Part shown: piece by piece, positions 24,440-32,000 of the stretch
How the letters are laid out: every line of letters starts with the position of its first letter
Numbering within the stretch: position 1 is the stretch's first letter
From: Patescibacteria group bacterium
Lineage (GTDB): Bacteria > Patescibacteriota > Patescibacteriia > 2-01-FULL-39-33
Assembly (NCBI GenBank): GCA_041649575.1
Contig: JBAZMW010000001.1
Span: 150,001 to 182,000 of the forward strand
DNA length: 32,000 bases
Direction of reading: 5' to 3'
Made by a program: the position numbers and the translations under genes
The notes under the pieces: generated by a model
The model's input: only the letters and a program-made list of their open reading frames with translations
What the model was told of the DNA's origin: nothing
Database searches by the model: none

Positions 24440-27160
24440 ATGTCAATATTTTCTAAAATTTTCGGAGATCCCAATAAAAAAGTAGTTGTAGAAATGCAGG
24501 CAGTTATTGAGGAAATCAATAAGCTGGAAGCGCAACTGGAAAAACTGTCTGACGAGGAATTAAAGGGACAAACTCAAAAACTGAAAGAACAATTGACGCA
24601 AGGCAAGTCTTTGGACGATATCTTGCCCGAGGCTTTTGCCACGGTGCGGGAAGCGGCTAAACGCACCATCGGTCAGCGGCATTTTGACGTACAGCTTATC
24701 GGTGGCATTGTTTTGCATCGCGGACAAATCGCAGAAATGAAAACCGGCGAAGGTAAAACTTTGGTCGCCACCGGCCCGATGTATTTAAACGCCTTGGCGG
24801 GCAAGGGAGCGCATCTGGTGACCGTTAATGACTATTTGGCGCGCATTCACGCCGACTGGATGGGTAAAATTTATGATTTTTTGGGGTTGACCGTCGGCTG
24901 CATCCAACAGCAAAACACTTCCTATAAATTTGACGCCAAGTATGAGCGCCAGGAGGGTGACCCGATTTTGGACGTGCAAAATTTAGTGCCTTGCACCCGC
25001 CGGGAAGCGTATGCCTGCGATGTTTTGTATGGCACTAACAACGAATTCGGCTTTGATTATCTGCGCGACAATATGGTGCAGTCGCTGGAGGAAATGGTTC
25101 AGCGCGAAATTCACTTTGCTATTGTCGACGAGGTAGACTCGATTCTGATCGACGAAGCGCGGACGCCGCTCATCATCTCGGCGCCGGACATGGAGTCGAC
25201 CGACAAGTATTATCAGTTTGCGCAAATTGTCAGCAAGCTGGAGGCGGAAACGGATTATAATATTGATGAAAAAATGCGCGCGGCGACTTTGACCGAAGAC
25301 GGTTTGTCTAAGGTAGAAAAAATACTGGGTGTGGAAAACATTTATACCGACAGAGGTATCAGCGAAGTGCACCATGTCGAACAGGCGCTCAAGGCCCGGG
25401 CGTTATTTAAGAAAGATCGGGATTACGTGGTCAAGGACGGCGAGATAATCATTATTGACGAATTTACCGGCCGGATGATGTTTGGCCGGCGTTATAGCGA
25501 AGGCTTGCACCAGGCCATCGAGGCCAAAGAAAACGTCAAAGTGCAGAGAGAGAGCCAGACTTTGGCCACCATTTCTTTTCAAAATTATTTCAGGTTGTAT
25601 CAGAAGCTCTCTGGTATGACCGGAACGGCGGCGACTGAAGCCGAAGAATTTTCCAAGATTTATAATTTGGAGGTGGTAGCGATTCCCACCAACAAAGCCA
25701 TGATCAGGCGCGACTTAAGCGACCGGATTTATAAGAATGAAGCTGGCAAATTTAAATCGCTGGTTAAGGAGGTTAAGCAGCGTCATGAACAAGGGCAGCC
25801 AGTATTAATCGGCACCATCTCTATTGAAAAAAATGAACTATTGGCAGAGCTGTTGGCGCGAGAAGGATTGGAATACCAAATTCTTAATGCCAAACACCAC
25901 GAAAAAGAAGCCCATATTATCGCGCAGGCCGGTAAATTCGGCGCGATCACAGTGGCAACCAATATGGCCGGCCGTGGCGTGGATATTATTTTGGGCGGTT
26001 ATCCGTTCAATCAAGAGGAATACGAGAAGGTAGTGAAAAGCGGCGGCCTGTGTGTCCTGGGCACCGAGCGGCACGAATCGCGCCGCATTGACAACCAGTT
26101 GCGCGGCCGCAGCGGCCGGCAGGGTGATCCGGGTGAATCGCGATTTTTTATTTCTCTCGATGACGACTTGATGCGAATCTTCGGCTCTACCAATATGAAA
26201 TCGATCATGGAACGACTGGGTTTGCCCGAGGATATGCCTATAGAAAACAAAACCATCTCCAAATTAATCGAACAGGCGCAGAAAAAAGTGGAGGGTAATA
26301 ATTTTGATATCCGCAAGCACTTGGTGGAGTACGACGATGTGATGAACAAGCAAAGAGAAACTATTTATCGCAAACGGCGCGAGATTCTCAATAACATTGA
26401 TACCAAAGAAAATGTCTTAAACGCTCTAACCAAAGAAATTCAAACGGTGGTCGACTTTCATACCCAGAATCCGGCCGAAGAAGAATGGAATACCAAGGAG
26501 ATTTACGAGACTGTCAATACAATTTTTCCTGTCAAAAATGAAATGCGGCTGTCTTTGGAACAGTTGAGGCTGGAGGCAGGGGACGATCAGCAGGATAAGA
26601 TTTCTCGTGATAAAATTTTTGGCTATCTGAAAAAATTGGTAATCGATACCTACAATAATTTGGAAGAAAAAATTAATCAGTTGCCCAACCCTTTGCCGGA
26701 AGTTTTGCCCATGCGGCAGGTTGAAAGGGGCATGCTGCTAAGAGTAATCGACACTTTTTGGGTGGAGCATTTGGAGACGATGCAATATTTGCGTACCGGC
26801 ATCGGACTACGCGGTTATGGCCAAAGGGATCCGCTGGTAGAGTACAAGCGGGAGGCGCTTAGAATGTTTAAAGAATTATTGGCCAATATCGATAAGCAAA
26901 TAGCTTACAGTATTTTCAAAGTCGGTTTTATCACTCCCAGTGAAATCGCAGTCGAGAAGCAGCCGAAGAATTTGCAATTTTCGGCTCCCAGTAAGGAATC
27001 GTCTTTTCATTCGCCAATGGAAGCCGATGAGGGGCTGGAAGAAAGAAAAGCCGATAAAATTATCAAAGACAGCAGTCATTATGACGGGCAAAAAGTTGGC
27101 CGCAACGATCCATGCCCTTGTGGTAGTGGCAAGAAGTTTAAGAATTGTCATGGGAAGTAA
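24440..27160 (+). CDS. secA: Preprotein translocase subunit SecA
   Basis: 906 aa; AEMKTGEGKTLVATGPMYLNALAGKGAHLVTVNDYLA, VDEVDSILIDEARTPLIIS, TNMAGRGVDIILGG, GRSGRQGDPGESRFFISLDD, C-terminal zinc motif RNDPCPCGSGKKFKNCHGK. Confidence 0.98.
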   Translation: MSIFSKIFGDPNKKVVVEMQAVIEEINKLEAQLEKLSDEELKGQTQKLKEQLTQGKSLDDILPEAFATVREAAKRTIGQRHFDVQLIGGIVLHRGQIAEMKTGEGKTLVATGPMYLNALAGKGAHLVTVNDYLARIHADWMGKIYDFLGLTVGCIQQQNTSYKFDAKYERQEGDPILDVQNLVPCTRREAYACDVLYGTNNEFGFDYLRDNMVQSLEEMVQREIHFAIVDEVDSILIDEARTPLIISAPDMESTDKYYQFAQIVSKLEAETDYNIDEKMRAATLTEDGLSKVEKILGVENIYTDRGISEVHHVEQALKARALFKKDRDYVVKDGEIIIIDEFTGRMMFGRRYSEGLHQAIEAKENVKVQRESQTLATISFQNYFRLYQKLSGMTGTAATEAEEFSKIYNLEVVAIPTNKAMIRRDLSDRIYKNEAGKFKSLVKEVKQRHEQGQPVLIGTISIEKNELLAELLAREGLEYQILNAKHHEKEAHIIAQAGKFGAITVATNMAGRGVDIILGGYPFNQEEYEKVVKSGGLCVLGTERHESRRIDNQLRGRSGRQGDPGESRFFISLDDDLMRIFGSTNMKSIMERLGLPEDMPIENKTISKLIEQAQKKVEGNNFDIRKHLVEYDDVMNKQRETIYRKRREILNNIDTKENVLNALTKEIQTVVDFHTQNPAEEEWNTKEIYETVNTIFPVKNEMRLSLEQLRLEAGDDQQDKISRDKIFGYLKKLVIDTYNNLEEKINQLPNPLPEVLPMRQVERGMLLRVIDTFWVEHLETMQYLRTGIGLRGYGQRDPLVEYKREALRMFKELLANIDKQIAYSIFKVGFITPSEIAVEKQPKNLQFSAPSKESSFHSPMEADEGLEERKADKIIKDSSHYDGQKVGRNDPCPCGSGKKFKNCHGK

Positions 27161-27192
27161 TCGGGACGGTCACTTTTTTCCTAGGAGAAAAA

Positions 27193-27214
27193 AGCTGACT
27201 AAAAAGAAATAGCT
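27193..27214. terminator. Hairpin after secA, CTAG-centred
   Basis: CTTTTTTCCTAGGAGAAAAAAG, followed by AAAAAGAAA and GCTCGC. Confidence 0.5.
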
Positions 27215-27234
27215 CGCATTATATAATTAGATAT

Positions 27235-27666
27235 ATGGATCACGTTGCTATAATGAATAAGTCGTGGAAGCTGATCCCGAAAATTTTATCAGGAGAGAAA
27301 ACCATCGAATCTCGTTGGTATCAGACAAAGCGCTCGCCTTGGGGAAAAATAATGGCTGGCCAGACTGTTTATTTTAAAAATTCTGGTGAGCCTGTTATTG
27401 CTAAGGCTATAGTCTCTGAGGCGATGCAGTTTGAAATTAATAGCATTGATGATGCAAGGGATATTGTAAGCAAATACGGCCAAGAAATATGCCTGGTCGA
27501 TAATAATCCAGCCCGATGGAGAAGGCTGGCTAAGTATTGCATTCTCATTCGTTTGAAAAATCCTGAAAGGTTAGCCACGCCATTTCAAATTGATAAAAAA
27601 GGATTTGGGAGCGGTGCGGCCTGGATTATAGTAGAAAGTATAGAAAAGATCAAAATAAAAGAGTAA
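27235..27666 (+). CDS. ASCH-domain-like protein
   Basis: WKLIPKILSGEKTIESRWYQTKRSPWGKIMAGQTVYFKNSGEPVIAKAIVSEAMQFE resembles ASCH/PUA-like folds. Start could be the internal ATG at 27253. Confidence 0.6.
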   Translation: MDHVAIMNKSWKLIPKILSGEKTIESRWYQTKRSPWGKIMAGQTVYFKNSGEPVIAKAIVSEAMQFEINSIDDARDIVSKYGQEICLVDNNPARWRRLAKYCILIRLKNPERLATPFQIDKKGFGSGAAWIIVESIEKIKIKE

Positions 27667-27678
27667 TTTTTATTTAGT

Positions 27679-27936
27679 ATGGATATCCTGGAAGAACGAA
27701 TAAAAAAGATTGAAGAGAGAAATCTCAAAGTAGAGGTAGACAAAGCCTGGGAAACCAGCTGGACCAGGAGGCTTTGCGTTGCTATTTTTACTTATCTGGC
27801 TATCAGTTTGTATATGTTGGCGGTTGATATAGACCGGCCCTGGCTTAATGCTATTGTGCCCACGGTTGGTTTTATGATTTCTACACTCGCCATACAGCCT
27901 ATAAAAAATATTTGGATTAAAATTAATAAAAAATAA
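27679..27936 (+). CDS. Small protein: N-terminal coiled coil plus two TM helices
   Basis: 85-aa ORF MDILEERIKKIEERNLKVEVDKAW...LCVAIFTYLAISLYMLAV...VPTVGFMISTLAI. Confidence 0.6.
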   Translation: MDILEERIKKIEERNLKVEVDKAWETSWTRRLCVAIFTYLAISLYMLAVDIDRPWLNAIVPTVGFMISTLAIQPIKNIWIKINKK

Positions 27937-27946
27937 CAAGAATTAT

Positions 27947-28426
27947 ATGGAAGGCAAAATAAAAAAGCCACTAACTTTATGCTTAGTGCATCAGGAGAAT
28001 AAAATTCTCTTAGGTATGAAAAAAAGAGGATTTGGCGCTGGCAGATGGAATGGCTTCGGCGGAAAATTACAAGAAGAAGAAAGCATCGAAGCAGCGGCTA
28101 AAAGAGAAATGCTAGAAGAAGCAGGACTGGATGTGAGGGATTTAGAATTAGTGGGTATTATGGAATTTGACGCCCCGCATTTTGAAAAAATTCTAGAGGT
28201 CCATGTTTTTCGAGCGGGTGATTTTGAGGGTGAGCCAATAGAATCCGAAGAGATGTTGCCCCAGTGGTTTGAAACAAATCAATTGCCGTTTGACTCAATG
28301 TGGCCAGACGATATACACTGGATGCCGCTTTTTTTGGCTGGCAAAAAATGGCGCGGTAGATTCTTTTTTGATGAAAAAACCAACGAAATTGTGGAAATGG
28401 AGATATCAGAAGTTGACTCTTTGTAG
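27947..28426 (+). CDS. NUDIX hydrolase, MTH1/8-oxo-dGTPase-like
   Basis: Nudix box GGKLQEEESIEAAAKREMLEEAGL; MTH1-like context LLGMKKRGFGAGRWNGFGGK, EEMLPQWFETNQLPFDSMWPDDIHWMPLFL. Confidence 0.85.
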   Translation: MEGKIKKPLTLCLVHQENKILLGMKKRGFGAGRWNGFGGKLQEEESIEAAAKREMLEEAGLDVRDLELVGIMEFDAPHFEKILEVHVFRAGDFEGEPIESEEMLPQWFETNQLPFDSMWPDDIHWMPLFLAGKKWRGRFFFDEKTNEIVEMEISEVDSL

Positions 28427-28428
28427 CT

Positions 28429-28457
28429 TTGACAAAAAGCAGCTGTCATAATACAAT
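28429..28457 (+). promoter_or_regulatory. Sigma70-type promoter of unit E
   Basis: TTGACA (28429-28434), 17-bp spacer, TACAAT (28452-28457). Confidence 0.75.
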
Positions 28458-28503
28458 GTCATTTTAGGAGCGTGGTACTTTCAACAACAAGGAGGATCTG
28501 GCC

Positions 28504-28872
28504 ATGTTACTGGACTGCGGGGCTTATCTCGAATTACCGGGCAATCTTCAGCGTGAGCTGGCTAGGCCACTGGCCGAGCTCAATCAGGAGCTCGGAAATC
28601 TCTGGCAGCGAGTAGGCGCCCTGGAAGAAGGACAAGGGGACTACCGAGCACTCGCCCAGGAAGTCTTTGAACAGCTTCTGGCCGAGGTCAAGATGTGGGT
28701 CAGAGGCATCGCCGCGCGGGAAGTATTGGACAGCGGCAGGCAGGCCGAACTTGCCAGGGCAGCCCGCAACTTCCAACTGCGGGTGATCGAGGCGGTTTAT
28801 ACTCTGGGGATAGAGTTTTCCTCTACCGTGCTGGTGGAAGAACCATCGGCGGCAGCAGCGGTTGTCGGCTGA
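28504..28872 (+). CDS. 122-aa hypothetical protein (unit E)
   Basis: Strong SD AAGGAGG (28489-28495) before ATG; MLLDCGAYLELPGNLQRELARPLAELNQELGNLWQRVGALEEGQGDYRALAQEVF...; high-GC helical protein. Confidence 0.75.
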   Translation: MLLDCGAYLELPGNLQRELARPLAELNQELGNLWQRVGALEEGQGDYRALAQEVFEQLLAEVKMWVRGIAAREVLDSGRQAELARAARNFQLRVIEAVYTLGIEFSSTVLVEEPSAAAAVVG

Positions 28873-28905
28873 AAAGGTTTCGCCTTGAAGTTCTGGTGGC
28901 ACAAG

Positions 28906-28945
28906 AGCTGCTCCAACGGCTTGGAGCAGCTTTTTCTTTTGTTTT
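28906..28945 (+). terminator. Intrinsic terminator of unit E
   Basis: AGCTGCTCCAA CGGC TTGGAGCAGCT followed by TTTTCTTTTGTTTTT. Confidence 0.9.
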
Positions 28946-28991
28946 TAAAATGTTAAAATTTATCTACCTTGAATTTAAATAATCAAAAAAC

Positions 28992-29852
28992 ATGCCAGAA
29001 TTGCCGGAAGTGCAGACCGTCGTATCTGAACTGCAAAAAAAGATAAAGAATAAAAAGATAAAGGAAGTGCGGGTAAGGGCTGCTAAGGTAGCTTTGCCTA
29101 GCGTTAAAATTCTAATAGCCAAACTAAAGAACAAAAAGATTCATGGCGTTTCTCGCCGCGGCAAGATGATTATTATTGATTTGGGCGGTGATCACAATAT
29201 TTTAATTCATCTGAAGATGACCGGTCAGCTGGTTTATGTGTCTAAGTCTGGTAAAAAGGTTTCGGGTGGCCATCCAATTGGCAACGTTGGAATTTTGCCT
29301 AATAAATTTTCTCACGTGATTATAAAATTTACTGACGGTTCGGTTCTGTATTTCAACGATATACGTAAGTTCGGCTGGGTTAAATATGTTGATAATGCCA
29401 GACGGGATTTGGCCAAACAAAAATACGGCATTGAGCCGTTTGACAAGGAATACAAAATTGATTGGCTTGGGTCGCTCTTGAAAAGATATAAAAATAAAAA
29501 GATTAAGCAACTATTAATGGATCAAGAAAAAATCGCTGGTATTGGCAATATTTACGCCGATGAGTCGTTGTTTGCGGCCGGCGTTTTGCCCACCAGAACC
29601 AGCGGTAGCTTGAAAAAAGCGGAAATTAGTAAATTATTTGAGGCAATTCCTAAAATTTTGAAATTAGCAATCACCAAGGGCGGTACCTCGGCCGACAATT
29701 ACGTGCGCACCGACGGCACCCAAGGCGGTATGATGAAATATTTGAAAGTTTATGGCCGAAAAGGAAAAAAATGCCGGCGTTGCGGCGGCAGAGTTAAAAA
29801 AATAAAACTGGGCGGCCGTGGCACGCATTTTTGCCCAGCTTGTCAAAAATAA
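28992..29852 (+). CDS. mutM: Formamidopyrimidine-DNA glycosylase
   Basis: MPELPEVQTVVSEL N-terminus, ILIHLKMTGQL, QEKIAGIGNIYADESLFAAGVLP, C-terminal zinc finger CRRCGG...HFCPACQK. Confidence 0.95.
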   Translation: MPELPEVQTVVSELQKKIKNKKIKEVRVRAAKVALPSVKILIAKLKNKKIHGVSRRGKMIIIDLGGDHNILIHLKMTGQLVYVSKSGKKVSGGHPIGNVGILPNKFSHVIIKFTDGSVLYFNDIRKFGWVKYVDNARRDLAKQKYGIEPFDKEYKIDWLGSLLKRYKNKKIKQLLMDQEKIAGIGNIYADESLFAAGVLPTRTSGSLKKAEISKLFEAIPKILKLAITKGGTSADNYVRTDGTQGGMMKYLKVYGRKGKKCRRCGGRVKKIKLGGRGTHFCPACQK

Positions 29853-29857
29853 GACAA

Positions 29858-29883
29858 CTCTCTCCTTTGGTTCAAGGAGAGAG
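29858..29883 (-). terminator. Hairpin between mutM and unit F, probably the unit F terminator
   Basis: CTCTCTCCTT (29858-29867) / AAGGAGAGAG (29874-29883); minus-strand TTGTCTTATTTTT follows. Confidence 0.65.
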
Positions 29884-29919
29884 CATGTGTACGATTGTTC
29901 GCTTGGCGCCTCGGGCTGG

Positions 29920-30342
29920 CTAGGCGGCCGGTGTTTTAACAGTTCTTAATGCTTCTAGATGCGTCCGGCATTGCTCGGCGAGCTTCTGGGCGGTTTCATA
30001 CATTCTCATATCGGCCGCATGTTCCGCCTCATCTTCCTGTCTGGCTTGCGCGACCATTTCATCGGAGACTCTGGCTTTTGCTTCAGCGATTTTCTCCGCG
30101 TCGCCGGTCGTCAGTTCTTCTATCTCGCCCGCCAAAGTCCTGGGGTTGATATAAGCCAGTTGTGGCTTTGTCATGCCCTCAAGCTCTTTGATCAGGTCTT
30201 CCAGAAGAACCATTGAGACCCTGTCGATGATGGTTTCCGGGGTGTCTCCCTCTCGCAGGTTGATGTGGGCGTCACCGGGAGCGCCAACGCCCCCTACGCC
30301 CACATTAATTGAGCTGATTGTCCGCGCGCTGTCGTCTGGCAT
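29920..30342 (-). CDS. 140-aa hypothetical protein (unit F)
   Basis: Strong SD AAAGGAGGG (30349-30357); MPDDSARTISSINVGVGGVGAPGDAHINLREGDTPETIIDRVSMVLLEDLIKELEGM...; GC-rich ORF, charged helical C-terminal half. Confidence 0.75.
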   Translation of the reverse strand: MPDDSARTISSINVGVGGVGAPGDAHINLREGDTPETIIDRVSMVLLEDLIKELEGMTKPQLAYINPRTLAGEIEELTTGDAEKIAEAKARVSDEMVAQARQEDEAEHAADMRMYETAQKLAEQCRTHLEALRTVKTPAA

Positions 30343-30394
30343 AAGTAACCCTCCTTTCCAAGGACTAGCTATTTTATATCAGTTAACCGGCAAA

Positions 30395-30428
30395 AAAGCA
30401 AACACCCTGATAAACGGGTGCTTGTTGG
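30395..30428 (-). terminator. Intrinsic terminator of the 30440-30874 gene
   Basis: Minus-strand CAAGCACCC GTTTATCA GGGTGTTTG then CTTTTTTG. Confidence 0.75.
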
Positions 30429-30439
30429 TTTGATGGAGA

Positions 30440-30874
30440 TTAAAGTATTATAAAAATCAAATAAAGCAAGATAGTCAGGCCGATGCCGATGCCCGTGCCG
30501 ATAATTACTTCCATTAAGCCGTGGCCAACCCGTTCTGGCAGATAGGTGATCGTCTTTTTGTTTTTGAAAATTTCTTTGGCCAGACGATTGGTGAGAGCGG
30601 CATTATCGCCGATTTCGCGGCGGAAACCGATAGCGTCCCGCACTACTATCACCCACAAGACAAAGGCAATGGCAAAGGCGGCGGAGTCAAATCTCTGGGT
30701 CAGGCCGACAACAGTAGCCAGAGAAGTGACAAAAGCCGCATGAGAAGAAGGCATGCCGCCGTAATCTCTGACCAGGTGTTGCCAAGTCAAATTATTTGGT
30801 ATACCATCAATAGAGAGTTTGATAATTTGAGTGGCGATACCCACTATAACGGGAATCAAGATTAACTCGAACAT
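30440..30874 (-). CDS. Divergent PAP2 (DUF212) family membrane protein
   Basis: LVRDYGGMPSSHAAFVTSLATVVGL, VVRDAIGFRREIGDNAALTNRL, ERVGHGLMEVIIGTGIGIGLTILLY. Confidence 0.85.
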   Translation of the reverse strand: MFELILIPVIVGIATQIIKLSIDGIPNNLTWQHLVRDYGGMPSSHAAFVTSLATVVGLTQRFDSAAFAIAFVLWVIVVRDAIGFRREIGDNAALTNRLAKEIFKNKKTITYLPERVGHGLMEVIIGTGIGIGLTILLYLIFIIL

Positions 30875-30888
30875 AGTTTTGATTTTTT

Positions 30889-31737
30889 ATGCAATATTTT
30901 TTAGCAATTTTTGCCGGAGTTCTGCAGGGGCTGACTGAATTTTTACCGATTTCCAGCTCCGGACACCTGGTAATCTTTCATCAGATTTTTAAGGTTTCTT
31001 TTATTGGCGGTCCGGGCGCGGGCGAGAGCTTGTCGGGAGATTTATTGTTTGATGTGGTGCTGCATCTGGGAACTCTGGTGGCTCTCTTGGTCTTTTTTTT
31101 CCGTGATGTGGAAAAAATTGTTCGTGGTTTTTTCTCCAGCCTGACCAACTGGAACTGGGCCAATAATTTTAATCAACGCCTGGCTTGGCTGGTAATTATC
31201 GGCACGATTCCGGCGGCAATCCTGGGGTTTTTTCTGGAAGATTTAATAACTAATTACTCGCGTTCCGCTTTTTTAGTGGCTATAATGTTGATTGTGGTGG
31301 CGGTACTATTTTGGATTTTTGAAAAATATTCTTTGAAACAGAAAGATTTGCAAACCGCCAGTAGATGGGATTCCTTGATTATTGGTTGCGCTCAAGCCCT
31401 GGCTCTGATTCCCGGAGTTTCACGCAGCGGCATTACCATTATAGCAGGTCTGGGCAGAAAGATGAAGCGAATCGAGGCCGCTAGGTTTTCTTTTTTGCTG
31501 TCGATGCCGATAATTTTTGCCGCCGGCATCAAAAAAATATTAGAAATCGACAGCTTGGCCAATGTTAATTGGCTAATTTTGATTATTGGTTTTTTGACGG
31601 CCACCGTCTCTGGCTATTTGGTGATAAAATACTTTCTTAAATACCTGAATCGTCATTCTCTGAATATTTTTGCCTGGTATCGATTGATAATTGGCTGTTT
31701 GATATTGATTTGGTTGATTTTTTTCTTTGGCGCATAG
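30889..31737 (+). CDS. uppP: Undecaprenyl-diphosphatase
   Basis: AGVLQGLTEFLPISSSGHLVIF, FDVVLHLGTLVALLVFFFRDV, IGCAQALALIPGVSRSGITIIAGLGRKMKRIEAARFSFLLSMPIIFAAG. Confidence 0.95.
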   Translation: MQYFLAIFAGVLQGLTEFLPISSSGHLVIFHQIFKVSFIGGPGAGESLSGDLLFDVVLHLGTLVALLVFFFRDVEKIVRGFFSSLTNWNWANNFNQRLAWLVIIGTIPAAILGFFLEDLITNYSRSAFLVAIMLIVVAVLFWIFEKYSLKQKDLQTASRWDSLIIGCAQALALIPGVSRSGITIIAGLGRKMKRIEAARFSFLLSMPIIFAAGIKKILEIDSLANVNWLILIIGFLTATVSGYLVIKYFLKYLNRHSLNIFAWYRLIIGCLILIWLIFFFGA

Positions 31738-32000
31738 AGAATAAGGCAAAAGCCGACAAAAACCATCAGCAAATAATTGTTTAAGCGGTTGAGCTCTTCC
31801 AGGTTTTCCAGTCTGACCAGTTTTTGCCAAAAATCCTCGGGGTAAAAATAATTGGCAGCCGGCTTTTGGTCACTGGAGTCGGCAGCAGAATCGGTTTCGG
31901 TGTCGCCCAGGACTCGGCTGCCAAAAAGTTGCACCACCACTATGGCCGAGTGATTTTCAAACTTTCCTTTCAGAGCGGCCAGCCCGATTTCCTGGTATTG
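31653..32000 (-). CDS. 3' part of an ORF running off the right edge (unknown function)
   Basis: Minus-strand frame stays open to 32000 (...QYQEIGLAALKGKFENHSAIVVVQLFGSRVLGDTETDSAADSSDQKPA...) with a TM helix near the C-terminus; overlaps the uppP 3' end tail-to-tail. Confidence 0.45.
   Translation of the reverse strand, partial: QYQEIGLAALKGKFENHSAIVVVQLFGSRVLGDTETDSAADSSDQKPAANYFYPEDFWQKLVRLENLEELNRLNNYLLMVFVGFCLILYAPKKKINQINIKQPIINRYQAKIFRE

Noticed and set aside
28534-28902. 122-aa minus ORF opposite unit E
   Set aside because: Mirror frame of the plus ORF that carries the promoter, SD and terminator.
1-32000. CRISPR array, tRNA or rRNA genes, prophage, classic defence system
   Set aside because: No regularly spaced repeats, no T-arm/acceptor pairing patterns, and no nuclease/helicase/methylase or transposase proteins in the ORF track.

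Overview
AT-rich bacterial chromosome window that looks like a Patescibacteria/CPR-type genome (inference). Left part (44-13943, minus strand) is a cell-surface/exopolysaccharide locus: two GT4 glycosyltransferases, an O-antigen-ligase-like protein, a Wzz-like protein, a GHL15-like + FG-GAP secreted protein, and three secreted/lipoprotein genes with Ig-like, DUF5011-like and thrombospondin-3-like segments. Middle part (14499-23866, plus strand) is a peptidoglycan cluster mraY-[AlaRS-like paralog]-murD-ftsW-murG-murC-murB, followed by hpf and secA. Right part holds an ASCH-like protein, an MTH1-like NUDIX hydrolase, mutM, a divergent-PAP2 protein and uppP. The most unusual signal is a set of six GC-rich, self-contained transcription units (three tandem at 1298-6955; 18422-18832; 28429-28945; 29858-30400). 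Each has its own promoter (TTGACA-17-TANNAT in five of six), a strong Shine-Dalgarno and its own intrinsic terminator, while the surrounding AT-rich housekeeping genes almost all lack a visible Shine-Dalgarno. One unit sits antisense in the murD-ftsW gap next to a duplicated murD 3' end and has no long ORF. Second notable item: a standalone alanyl-tRNA-synthetase-like catalytic domain between mraY and murD, preceded by a ~153 bp imperfect palindrome. No CRISPR, tRNA, rRNA or transposase gene was recognised.
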